A stretch of DNA of 64,000 nt from Ruditapes philippinarum (lineage: Eukaryota): NCBI RefSeq assembly GCF_026571515.1, contig NW_026865856.1:62001-126000 (forward strand), written 5' to 3'. The position numbers were made by a program, and so were the translations under genes. The notes beneath the pieces are model-generated. The model searched no databases, was not told where the DNA came from, and saw nothing but the letters and a program-made list of their open reading frames with translations. Shown here in pieces: positions 38,151-51,500 of the stretch (positions are counted from its first letter, which is position 1; each line of letters starts with the position of its first letter).

Positions 38151-39470
38151 ATATTTGACCATGACAATATACCCCTGAAAGTTCATATGGCACACATGAA
38201 CTATGGAAAGCAAGTTATATGCACAAATCAATTCAACAAAAAGTGAACTCTAACTTACAAGGGATTGTAATGACAATGAAACAAATAACAACTGAAAATT
38301 ATAAATCTTTATTTTGGAATGTTACAAAAAGTATTATATACAATAAATATTTACAATATACACATTGTGTGTAATGTGATATTCCTAGGAATGTTGAAAG
38401 TTGAGAATAAATCAAATCATAAAAATCATTTATTTATTAACCAAAATGCCTTATCAACATTATTTAATTTTTTTTAAAAAAATCTTCAAAATTTGTGTCT
38501 TTTTAATTTATAGAAATTTATAAAAATGCGTCAAAAACCCTTTTCCCAAACATTTCTTGTAATAATTTATTATATTTCTTGTGTATTGAACTTTTAACTA
38601 AAACTTTATTTTAATGGATTATTTCATACTTGAATGTATAAATGAATGAATGGATGAGAAAATATGAAATTTTGACTTATTATACAAATGAAGATGAATT
38701 TTTAAAAAAACATGACGATAGCATGAACAGAAGGGTCCCTGTATAAAAATATAATATTTATAAAATTGGTATGATATGTAACTTTGTATAAATGTTTCTA
38801 CAATTTATAATATACATGTATGTACAAAAATGGATAACATTGAAGAACTTTAAAAAATCAGGAATGTTCATGATTTTCTATTTCAATTTATCAAAAATGT
38901 TCAGGTTTTTTCTATTTTGATATATTTTTTTCTATTTGAATATTGTCACTATATTGTGTATTTTCTGCAGTTCTAAAGAGCTATTGATTGCAAACTAAAA
39001 ATGCTATAAAATTAACAAATTATTGAAATGTACGAGTACCATGATCTATCTATAACATTTAAAAGAAATAAATTTTTGACATGTTTGAGCCGAACGTATA
39101 ATTCATTACTTTATTCTATGAAACAGATGCTAACATGGCAAACATATTTTGCTGTTTACATTTCAAATATTGCAAAAAAATAAAATTATATATATATAAC
39201 TTGATTATACACCTTAAATGAAGTATAAATAAAAAAAATATTATGTTATAAGCTTCTTTACAGAAACATTTCATTCCTTTCCTCAACCATTCATTATCTT
39301 TATTACTGAATAAAGACATTTTAAATTCTTAATAATAATAGATGATCCATTTTTTATAAGTTTTCACATTTAGTTACTATTTTCTGAATACATTTTCAAA
39401 TCATGTGTTACTAACAAAAATATGTAAATGAGAAGATATGCATAGTCATTAAAAGCCAATCAGATCACAG

Positions 39471-42400
39471 CTACAACATAAGTTTTGCGAGTGTAACCAT
39501 AGCAACTGTTGCCAACAACGATACAGAGATTGCTGAGGCACCTTGGGCTTCGAAAGATGGACAATTGGCCCCTTGACACTCCATTGTTTCTGAAATAAAA
39601 GTGAACTGCTGAACTCTGATGTGATACATGTAGTAAAAGGAAAGCTTACTGGAAGTAAAGACATTCATAATTAATGATTTCCAAAGTCAGAAGGAACTTT
39701 ATATGATGTATATTTTGCCCCCGATAAATAGAAACCGGTCGGCATTATATTAAAATCAGTAAATGTCAGATATTTTTTTGTGTAATTTTTCTTGTTTGGC
39801 ACTTAATTATCATTTATATATACATGACATTGTATATGTTATACATAATTAATGATAATTTGACACAAATTATTTTCATCCTCAATTCATTTTCTGTATA
39901 GACAATACATAAATTTTAAGTGAATTAAACGTAACCCTTGCCATGCTGCATTTGTGTGAAAGTCTTGGCCTACTTTGAATTTAAACTTACTCAGTTTTAA
40001 ATTTGCAGGATGAGACGGTCAACTGTATAGAGCCTGATACGCAGTACATGGATATGCTATTATTGCACGCTGGTCAGACTCAAAGCCTGTGATCCAAACA
40101 AATTTTTTAGCCACCAGTAAATACTCTTAACGGTTACGAAATAAATCAAATGTTTACCATAGCCTATAACATACACAAGAAAACAATAAAAAGAATACAA
40201 CTCAAGAAGCACAATTAATAAAAACTTACCAAAAAGCTCAATGATTGTTTGTCTGTCTTCTCCAATTCTGTTTCTTGCCACACAGTAATATTTAGTGTAA
40301 TCGTTTGCCTCCACATTTTTAATTCGGAGCACATACCAGGCTTCTTGGAAACGTAATGTTGTTGTGGCAATGAGTTTTGTTATTTCATATTTCTCATTGT
40401 CATTTAGCTGCATTAATTGCGTGTTTCCTTCACTTCTGGTCGGTTCTTTGTACCACACCACTTCTGGCTCAGGATAACCTGTGAGTATGGGACAAAATAT
40501 AACCTACTTAAATACATAGAAAATTGTTCCTTAATATGTTAGTAGTAATCACAGGAAAAAATTTAAATAACTTTTTATGCATGATTCCTTCAAATAAAAA
40601 AAAATCATGTAATATGAAAGAGTTACACCAATATCATTAGTATTTTGAATAATTCCATCTCCTCATATGTTTCATGTCATACCAATTACATAGAATATAA
40701 TTTGTAAAACTACCAAGTTTTGGTTCAAGACAAACTTACAAAACTAAATATCTTGTACATTTTTTTTCTGTGACAATTTACTTGAAGACATTATACTGTA
40801 ACATCCCCTATTGATTAAAGTGGAGAAGTTGTCAAATACTTGTAAAGAATACAAGTAAGAACAGGGACAGAATTAGAAAACATATGATAGATATGTATTT
40901 AATAGAAAAATATAAGAAAGAAATTTTACAAACTGGTAAACTGAATATGAGCAAGCTGTCTTAAATACTTACCGGACACTCGACACTCTAACTTAGCATC
41001 AAACTGTCTATTTTGAGCCTGACCGACAGTATCTTGTACAGCAAGTGTCTCAGGTTTGAAGAAGACGCTTAGTGAGACGAGATATACATCTGGCGGCCTG
41101 ACCTGATTATCCGCAATACATTTATAAAGCCCTCGGTCTTCCTTTGTTACATTCTTTAAAGGTAATACAGTGTTCTGAAACAAAAACATATCAAAAATAG
41201 ATCAATTATGCCAAAAGCAATTATTATATTGATTTAAGTGTTACAAAACATGGAAGATAAAAATTATACTATTAAATGGCTTTATTTCTTTTCTTTATAT
41301 CATTCTATATATATACATAATAGCCTCAAATTACCATAACATTAAATTCTTTAACTGTCAGGGATGACAAAATCAATTGTCAGTATTGGGCAAATGAAAA
41401 TTTTCAATAATTTACTATATAAGTATCATACAGACAAGTAAAGAAATGCTCCAGATAAAAATGGACAAGTAAAATTTAACATAGGATTTCGCCACCCCTT
41501 GAAGATTCACACAAGATCTATCAAGTGATAATGTAACATATCACTTCAAAGGAGAATATGGACAATTATTTTACTAAGAACATTATTTTTCTACTACCAG
41601 TAAATTATTTTTTATATATATATAAATTTGACCGTTAGAATGTTACAGGTGGTTAAAATTATCAACAGTGATAAAAATAAAGTTTATGTCGATCTCTCGG
41701 CTCAAAATTACGAACCAATCAATAAAGACAATAAAAATAAAAAAAGAAATCTTATAATAGTATATTTCACAAAAGAAAACAACAAATTAATCAACATGTA
41801 TCCTTTCAATCAAGGAACCTACCCTTAGTTGAGCGCCATCAAATCCAGGAAGAAGTCCTCCATCTGACCGTACCCACGTTATATTTGGAGCGGGTACGCC
41901 TGTCGCAGAACATTCAAGGTTGTGAGAGTGACCCACGTCCAGCTGTAACACTGCAACGTTCTTACTGGTAATAGTTGGTGGAACTTAAATACGGTATGAT
42001 TAAATTAATCAAGAAATATTCTTATCACAATTAAGGTATTAGCACCCTAATGCATTACCTCCGCTTTGAAGAGTATTCAAATAGGCTAGAATTACTGTTA
42101 ACTACATTGAAAATGAGGGCCATGGGTTCAATCCCCAGAAGGGTCAACTTTTTTTTTTCTTTCTTTTTTTCTTTTAACATTATTTATGTATCTCTCATGT
42201 CCCATATGGAAAGAAAAAAGTGTTTAATTTTGAATTTTTAATTTATATAGGTATTTATTGGCTAAATTATGCTAAATCTAGTAATAAATATGGTACCTGA
42301 TATTTTCAAAGTGTAATATAATCAAAACTAGACGGTAAAAGTATTTCATATTTTACAAGATCAACCAATATACTTTTTTAAAAATTTAGGGAAACTTTGA

Positions 42401-45400
42401 AAACAGGCACTCATTTGGGTAAATTTTAAGAATGTTTCTATTTAGGCTCCTTAAGTAGAAAAATGGTCAGACATGAGGTAAAAATGGGTGGGGCAGGGTA
42501 ACATTTTTATACAGATTTCATAAATTTTAAGTAGAAATCATAATTTTGCTTATGTGGATTGTTAGCTGAATGTTACTATTTGTTTCTTACCAAAAATTCA
42601 TGGGAAAACATTTTTCATTAGAATGTTATTGCAGATTATTTAAAGGTTCCTCATTTCTAAAAAAGGGCCCTCATAACATCCTAGCTTGAGTTCAGAAAAG
42701 TGGCCATAACTTGATTTCCGTACGGTAAACTTTGTTTAAATTTTGCATACAGGTGTACTTTAAGGTATACATCTGACCTATGATGTCAATTCTTTAGTTC
42801 CTGATAGTGCCCATTAGGGTCCTAATACCTTAACAAGAGTGTCGGATTTAACCAAGCTTTATCAAAATTATTAATTAAATTATTTTCATTTATATATACT
42901 GATTTGAAGCTCCTGTAACTTCATATAAATAATAAGGCACTGACATAATTCAACTAATTAAAGTAACTAAATTATATCATAAAATAATTAACACATTATT
43001 GTTATATTAATATAAATATTTTAACAATTATTTCAACTGGTCAACATTTGCAATTATATGTAGATTAATTTGTCAATATTTGCAATATTATTACAGACTA
43101 GTAGAACAATTAGGCTAAGCAGAGGTCAAAGACATTTTATTCATTTATATCTAAGCCAGTCAAGTTGACAACTAAACACAAAGATCTATTCTGTACATTT
43201 ATATCTTAATACCAGATAAATTGATGTACAACTTCTACATAAAGATCTAACTGATGAATAATTACATATAAATAACATTTACCTTGGACAATAAGATGTC
43301 CTATTTTTGAAGGCCATGATGCCGAGCCAGTGCCTCTGATTTGAATGTAACATTTGTAATAACCATAATCCACCACTTCTAAACAGTTTATCACCAACAT
43401 GTATGTTATACGCTTGTTGAATTCACGCTTTGCTAACTCGTACTTCTTTGAGCCCTCTTTACATACTTTGTTTTCAACAAATATGTTTTCATCGTTGGTA
43501 ATAATTTCACCACCGGACTTTGAATCTAAAAATGTCCAAATTACCTGCAACACAAAATGGCTTAAATGAGTAGCAATAATAAATAGAATCTCCAAAATGT
43601 TATCATAATAATATACAAGTTATCTCATATTACATGAATTTTCACAGTAAATCACTAGATCATCAATGCTGCAAGTGTCAAAAAGGAATGGAAGTGACAA
43701 AACAATAGTTAATACTCATATTAGTCATAATCAAAGTATTATGTCAAAATAGCATGCTCGAGCTTTTCATATGTATCTTAACATTATAAATCTATACATT
43801 AATGATTATTTCAATTAATAACTAATTTAGTGGACAATGCACAAGAGTTGGATTCTAAATACATATAAAATGCATGTAACATGTTTGTAAACTTTACAAA
43901 TGTATATCCTTAACATATTCTAGAATACAGTGATCAGCACATAAGGTGGATTTTACACGCGATTCAGGACAGATAACTCTTGGTTTTCATTCCATATTAC
44001 TTTTTTATCAATTTACACAGTTCATATCGGCACTGTTTATGGATGTTACTTATTTAAGTTCTCATTATAAATATTCACATAAAGAAAGTATGGACTGTAA
44101 GTATACTGTATCAATGAGTTATACTTACAGTATGACCATCCTGCTTATTTACCACAGTACAGTTAAGTTTTGCCTGTCCACCCTGTGATGTAACTTCTGG
44201 TATGATCTCATCTACAATCTCTGGGTCCAGCTGACATTTTACTGAAAAACAAAATAATAAAATTGGTACAAATTTTATCAGAAATTATTAAAAGGAAAAA
44301 AATAAAGAAATAATAAAATGTTGATTTATGTTCATTATTTACTTTAGAAAAAACAACGTATGATGGGTAAAGTGTGTTATACCCCGGTCACATATTCACG
44401 GAATACGCCCACGGAAGAGCCACAGATTTATTCCGGCATCGTCCGTAGCTACCCGTACTGGTCAGTAGCTTTCCGTACTGTAACTGTAATCAAACATAGT
44501 AGTCCTTGTTTATCCGTAGCAATCCTTGACAATTTTTGAACATACACAAAAATTTGCTATGGAAAAATCAACCGTAGCGTATCCCTGCTAGTCCGTATTA
44601 AACCGTACTGATACGTACTGGTCTGTGCGAAAACCTTACCAATCCGTACTGATTCGTAGTCCACCAACTTGCCAAGGATTTCCACGGTTTGGTACGGAGA
44701 ACTACGTATTTGTACGGTTACCCTATGTATAAGCTACGGTTTAATACAGATTAATACGGCATTGTCATGGAAAGCCACGATCATAATACGTTGTACTATG
44801 GAGAGGCAGGGATTAGCACGGTCTTATACGGTTTATTGCGTTGCAACAGGAAATGGTACGGAATGGTACGGTCCACCACTGTTTATAGTACGAATGAAGT
44901 AAGTATCATGTACTTTTTCAGGGTATAAATACTACCTTCTTGTTAAAACAGACATATTTGCGGGAACATTCAATAAATGATAATTGACATTTACTGCAAC
45001 TTTATATTGAAATGGCTCAGAATGCGGAGGCAGTGGTCGATCTGCTTGATGACATGCATAGAGGTTAAAATGTATTAACATCGTACTACAATTCATAATA
45101 AATTGATTAACATTTACTGTTACATATTTCAAGTGTCTCATAAGCCTCGGACGCTGGCCCTTGAGTGATATTAAGATTAATTAACAAGCTTTTTACATAT
45201 TTTTAAAACATAAACATTCACGATAATTAATGTAATTGTAAAATAAACAGCAAATTTAAAAATTAAAAGAGAAGCAGTATTGATCAACGTTTTTCCTTAA
45301 TGATTACTAGTCCATATCTAATCAGGTAAGAGAAGACAGACGAGATGGTGGACTAGAGATGTGCTTTTACGAAGACCGCTTCATGTTTAGTATGAGGCTA

Positions 45401-46573
45401 TCATGGCTGAACTTGTTGGGGATCCGGCGTCCTTCAAAAAATTCATTTTAATCGGACCTGATGTGTCTCGGGGTTTGGACGCGATTTGGCCGAATCCTCT
45501 CCACCAAAATCATTGAACTCTGCAATTTGTTTTCTAGGTGTTCTTTTTTTCTTGTGAGGCATTTTGAAAATGAGCATGCAAGAGGTTGCGGACGGAGGTA
45601 TTAGGTCCGTATAGATCAGTGGCAATTCGTTCTTCTCCGTATCATAATCAATTCGCTCTTCTCCGTATCAGACCGTACTTATTCGTACTAACCCGTGCTT
45701 ATACCGTAGCAGACTGTAGTGTGTCCGTCCTGATTCGTGTCGCTCCGTATCAAACCGTGTCGGTCCATAACAATCCGTGTCTGTCTGGGGGCTTTTGGTG
45801 GTAAATCCGTCGGACTCCGTACTCATACCGTTGTGTGTCTGTACTGGAACTGTAGCAGACTACGGAATTTTACATTTCCGTAGTAACCCGTGAACAATTA
45901 GACTGTAGCTCTTCCGTGGCATTATCCGTGAATATGTGACCGGGGCATTATGAATGTTGGGGCTGAAGTGTCTGTTGATGTGTGATTTGTTTTCAAAATT
46001 TGCTGGGTGAAGTGTCTTTTATAGGCTCGATTGAATATAGTCTCAATATTTCGGCTGCAAGACCTACATTATGTAGATGTTTGTCTTTCCGAAGTGTAAC
46101 TGTTGTATATATATGATAAAATGTTCTGACTCACAATTTGTTTGGCTTGGGGATTGAATAGTCCAACTAAATGTACTGCACTGATTATTGTGATATTTTG
46201 TGTATGGGCAAAAAGCCAGCTTCTGATCCAGAATATCTAGATTTGGCAAGTCAAGTTAGTGAAGTGTCTTGATCCCCATTTAGTAGTCGCAAATTATTTA
46301 TGTAATTTAGCTTCATATTTTCTTCATTTGTTAAATGTTTTTTAAGAAGTTATTAGAAGTTTATCTAAACTGTTTTGCTCTAAGTTTTCAAAGAACGTTT
46401 TCATAATATAACAAAAAAGAAAGAAAGCTGTCAACGTTTTCCATTACTGGCATCAGTCGCTAATTCTGCTAGTGTGTTACACATGAGCGCCATTTTGATT
46501 TCATAAGGTAAATACCTGTGCCGATCAGGTGAACTGCGACAACAGCAGCAATGATCCAGCAACTTTTAAACAT
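39471..46573 (-). CDS. Lachesin/IgLON-like gene A copy A4 (intact, 7 exons, 387 aa)
   Basis: Exons (-) 46516-46573, 44129-44241, 43283-43544, 41823-41983, 40973-41174, 40230-40478, 39471-39589; same exon sizes as A2 except a 6-nt in-frame insertion in exon 3 (IRGTGSAS); canonical splice sites, no stops found. Confidence 0.92.
42035..42829. mobile_element. TTAA-flanked MITE (Kolobok-like GG..CC termini) in A4 intron 3
   Basis: TIR GGTATTAG(C/G)ACCCTAATG at both ends, TTAA on each side (42031-34, 42830-33), absent from A1 and A2 at this position. Confidence 0.75.
44380..45947. mobile_element. PIF/Harbinger-derived non-autonomous element in A4 intron 1
   Basis: ~40-bp TIRs (CCCCGGTCACATATTCACGGA..CCACGGAAGAGC), TTA duplication (44377-79 / 45948-50), empty site in A3 (~33040), many subterminal CCGTA motifs, relic RRQTRWWTRDVLLRR..YEAIMAEL..SFKKF (~45330-45450) resembling a Harbinger transposase N-terminus. 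Confidence 0.82.
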
Positions 46574-46929
46574 GTTCTTGGTTGACCAGCAGTGGTTGAT
46601 GACGTTGTAACTTAAAACAAATACTTTAAAAGTATCGAAATGTTAAAACTATTTATTGTTGAAATTCATTTCCGGAATATTCAACTTGTTTGTGTCACCT
46701 GTATCACGTGACTTAAGGTACAAAATATTTGTATATAGAATTTTTTTTAGACGAAATATTTTAAACAGCATTTATAGTTTAGTAAAACATGATACGCTAC
46801 TGTATATAATGATAAATAGCCTTTAAAATATGCGACATACTAATGAACATTGTATATACTATTTCTAAGTGTCAAATGTATGCCAAAAGGATAAAAAAGA
46901 TTTTTAATAAATAAATATGAAGCTCTATA

Positions 46930-47021
46930 AATTATGTAAAAAAAAAATTTCCACTATCAAAATTATAGTTATAGATCTAACTATAATTTTGATAGTGGAA
47001 AATTTTTTTTTTTATATAATT
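46930..47021. repeat. Near-perfect ~43-bp-arm inverted repeat (6-nt loop) between A4 and B
   Basis: aattatgtaaaaaaaaaatttccactatcaaaattatagtta-TAGATC-taactataattttgatagtggaaaatttttttttttatataatt. Confidence 0.9.
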
Positions 47022-48474
47022 TCATCGGTGGTTTTGTATTTGGTACCTTATAGTAAGCCTTAGAGTGTTGAATTATTTTTTTCAGGGTTGTAGTAGGAGT
47101 ACAGGGGCTGATAGGGGTGGGGTGTCCAAACACTGATACTGCCACCTGTGTATTTAACAAGTTAATATATATAACAACTATTACAGCGTTTCAACACGGA
47201 GGGCGAGTGCCATGCAACAACGCTACTCACATATAAATACGTGACCCTTGTGATTAATTTTCACTGATGAAAAATGATTCTTTTGCATTTTAAACAGTCT
47301 TTATTTTGGGTATGTCATGAATAGGATAAATATATTCGTGTATAAGGTGAACTCATTAATTACTGAATTTATTGAACTCGTTTAATAAATTCAGGATTGA
47401 ACCTAACGTACGTTACACTTAGTATAACGCACGCGTCGGGATAATAATCAAACAATGTTTGTGATATTTTGGTTTCATCTTTACAAAATTTAAATCTGAG
47501 AATGCGTGTTCTTACAGTTCCTTCTTTCTTTTTTTACTAATTCCAAGTATTGATAATAATGAATGTTTTAGAACCATGATTTGTAATTTAGCTAAATCCG
47601 ATATTAAGTTTATGCCTTTAAAAGATTGATCATTTTGTGTTTATAATATATGTGATAATTTTTTTTAGTCGAAGCAGTTACATACTTTTAGTTGATAGCT
47701 GAACATTTACCTTTAAATTTATCAGTTATGTTTTGGAATAATTCTCGCAGTACCCCCCCCCCCCACCACTCCCTCCCCCACTCCCCTCACCAATGTACTT
47801 ATTATAGTAACTGAATATTTAAATTTACTGAAAATATCGCTTTATAATACGTATACTGTTTGCATTCACCACATGTCATGTTTTTTGAAATTTGCATTTA
47901 CTCTGTAATCTCATATGTCTATTGATTTGTTCTGTTCTGTTCTGATATAAAACTGTTTCAATTCAAATGCTAGTTTGTAATTCAAGTTCCAATCTTTTAT
48001 AATTCAAATTTTGATCTTTTTTGATGATATGGATACAGCAGTTTTAAGACAGCTGTTTTTTAGAGGAACCTCCTGGCAGGGGAGAATGTCACGGGTTGCT
48101 TTAATTACTTGTTACGTTCAGTCTGGGACAAAGAATAATTATGAGCATTCATTTTGCTGTATTTGTCAATAAACGCGGGAAAATAATGCTTTATATCTGC
48201 GCACGCGCCAATTATTGTTTGTTTACGTACGTAGCGTCTTTTGTCGTATGCTTTCCATTTCATTCATTTACTTAAAATAGTGCTTACATTTGCATTTGCA
48301 TCTCTCTATTATTGTAGGCCTAATGTTGTAGTGAATGTATTTTTTATATCGTATTATAATATACAATGAAAATGTCACACAACATACGTATGAAGCGGCC
48401 TTTCCTAAGAAGAAAATATTTTCGTTTACGATAAAATAATTAATTCTTGAAGTGTATTTACCAAAAGGTATGAG

Positions 48475-48505
48475 TAATTGCGCATGCCCAAAGTTACTTC
48501 CGGAG
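48475..48505 (+). promoter_or_regulatory. Gene B proximal promoter: NRF1-like TGCGCATGCCCA and ETS-like ACTTCCGG
   Basis: 65-90 nt upstream of the B ATG; both motifs carry substitutions in the B' remnant. Confidence 0.4.
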
Positions 48506-48568
48506 TATTTTGATTTGTAAATTTTGAGTAAAATATTTGGAAAATGGAATGAAAACCACTCGAACAGA

Positions 48569-51500
48569 ATGAATTATATAGCCCTAATAGTTTTGTTAAC
48601 TTTCGTATCCACAGGTTAGTAGAAAAATGTCGTTTATCTTGCGATACAAGTTTTGGTTACATTATTTACCTTTTGGACAGGTAAATTCAGGTAGAAATAA
48701 TTTCATTTTGTAGGAGACTAGGTGAATCATTGCTTCTGCTTCACAAATATTTTTTAACGGAATGGTTGCTGACTTATTTCAATTAGTTACACTATTTCTC
48801 AACTTTAATTGAATACTGTATATGGTAGAAATACCTGGCAGATTTTCTGCTTTCCACCTGCAGACAGCTTTGATCAATAATATATATGAAATTAGGCAAA
48901 GCCTATGATCAGGGAAGTCGGTAAAAAAAATTGTTCATTTTTCCATTTTAAAGGAGTCATTCGGTATTTCATGCACAGCTTCAGTTTTCACTCTGAACAC
49001 TTGACAATTATCATTGATCCGAACAGTTGCGATTGTTCCGTTGTCGGAATATTCCACTTATCATGATTGAATTATTTTGAAATGTCAGCGTCCAACTAGA
49101 TCTGATACTTAAAATTTCATGGATAATCAAGATTAGGTATAAAATTTTCTATATTTTTTAATTGTTTTTTATTTGATTTCCTTTTTAATATTACACAGTC
49201 ATGTAGTATATAGCCCGGGCAAGCCAAAACGTCGAGGTCCCAGCCTTTGCCAAATCCCCGTATAAGTTGGTGATTACATGGGGAAGTCAAATTGTGGGCA
49301 CATGCTTCCAATAACAGACCAGTCACAACTTTATGCCTAAAAAATAATTGGCTAGGTGTTCCGATTAAAAACAGAAGCGGTGCTTGAAATACCAAATGAC
49401 TCTTTTAAAACGAAAATTGTAAAATAAAAATGAACATTTTTTTTTCTTCTGACTTAATTCCCTATTCATAGACTTTGCCTACTTTCATATTATAGATCTA
49501 TATCTATCTTCCATTAATTTGAAAACAAATCATATGGTAGTATATTGTGAAAGACAATGATTTTATTTTTTCTATAGTATGGTGTGCTGACCCGAAAGTT
49601 GTCCTTAGGTACACATTTCCAAAGACTGTGATCAGAAGTAACTACAAGACAGTTGTCGTAGAAAAAGACAGCGATTGTTTTTTGGCCTGTATTGTGGATA
49701 ACAAACCGGCTGATAAAAAGGTATGGTGATTGTTTTTCAAAAATTTATACTTATTATAGATAGAGAGGTGCATGCCTTGTGATTGACATGTCTGTCTCAC
49801 AGTGTACTGCTACATGAATCTATGGTTAATTCAGTAATGACATTCCTTTGGCCAAATTAGAGAAAAAACTATGACTATTGTAGTTGGTCAGTGAGTAAAT
49901 TCAATAAAGTCTTCTTGAAAGTTGTCAGTACACATATTCCCAACAATTTAATAGATTTATTTATTGTATATGTTCACAATAGCAAAAAGCCAGTGTTCAA
50001 ATAAATAGATATTAATAAAAAATGTTTTTTTGTTTGTTTTATTTCAGGTTCAATGGTTGGTACAGAACTTCCGTACAAACACACCCATTCCTATATCTAC
50101 TGATACAGACACTCAGAATGCCTTCAAATATCAGATAGATAAGCCTGCCGCCAACAACTGGCGCTTGAAGATCCAGAATGCTCAAGAGTCAGACCAGGCT
50201 CTCTATATATGCAGAGTCCAGCTTGGCGGGCAGCAGAACGCTAACGACAGTCGTATGATACAAGTTATTCGTAAGTATTTGGGGTTTTCTCTTTATAGTT
50301 ATATTTAAAATTCTTTTTGATACCGCTTTCAAGAGAATATGCTCATTTCCTTCGGTGTCAAGTCAAGTTGAATTAGTAGTATGTTTCAAAAGATTGGCAA
50401 TTACTATGGTCCTTGAGGGAAATTGTTTAAGATACAATATAAAAATTTATCTAAATTATAAAAAGACTGCCCCACTCATTTCAAAACCTGAGCATTTCTG
50501 ATGTATTCTGAATGATATTTATAGAAATTTCTTTTGGTTGTTGTTTTGTTTTATTTTTCATTGTAAAATATAAAATTGAACACAATTATGGCAAAATGTC
50601 ATGCTATTTTTATTTTTACCTGTTTCTTTGGCCATTTACTCTCGGGTCACGCTCCCTTCACAGCTCACTGAATACACTTGCGTTACTTCAGACAGTGAGC
50701 GATAGTTAAACATCCGACAGATGCTCAGGAGAGTACACTTGGATGGGCATAATACCACTTTGTCGTACCAGCTAGCAATGAAATAGAGAATATCACCTCC
50801 ATAAGTAATAACTGATTAACGCCAAGTTCCTACTGTCACAATTGAAACATGAAAATTTTATCTTATATTTTCAGAGAAACCACAGATTATCGATATCTTT
50901 ACAAGTTCTAACACAATCAAGAAAGAGGGTGACCCTCTAGAACTGACTTGTGATGCTAGTGGTATCCCAAAACCTGTCATCAGCTGGACTATGGTGGGAG
51001 GTGGTGTCCTACCAACTGGGGGGAGAGAGCTCACTGTAAGTTATAAATGCCATTCATCTGTATGCTTTGTAATTACCGAGAATATCTATCTTAACACTTA
51101 CTTCACTAAATACTAAGTCTTGTACCTTAAAATAATGAACTTACCCAAAGTAATTATTTTTTCAGGAAAATTTCAATATAACTAACTCAACCCTAACTTC
51201 TCATAACATTTTAAATGGACTATTCTTCAATCTGGACAAAGCCATTCATCATTTTTGGGGAAAAGTTCAAATATGTTCTGAATAGCCTTAACAGTGCAGA
51301 CTATAAGCAGCTTCATTACACAAATTCAACAGGTTAAACCTGGGTTTAAAATATCAAAATGATTTCATGGATTATAGTTGTGCCATGGGGAATTGTTATA
51401 TCAATTTGTGTGGGTGCTTTTGATAATTAAACCCAAACAGAACCTGAAAGAAATGTAAAACTTTTTCTTGTGTTAAAATGGTACTCAAATAAAAAAATAT

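Noticed and set aside
4773-46573. Dscam-like mutually exclusive exon array or somatic rearrangement locus
   Set aside because: Duplicated exons belong to whole-gene copies on opposite strands with their own introns and flanks; no tandem alternative exons or recombination-signal-like motifs were seen.
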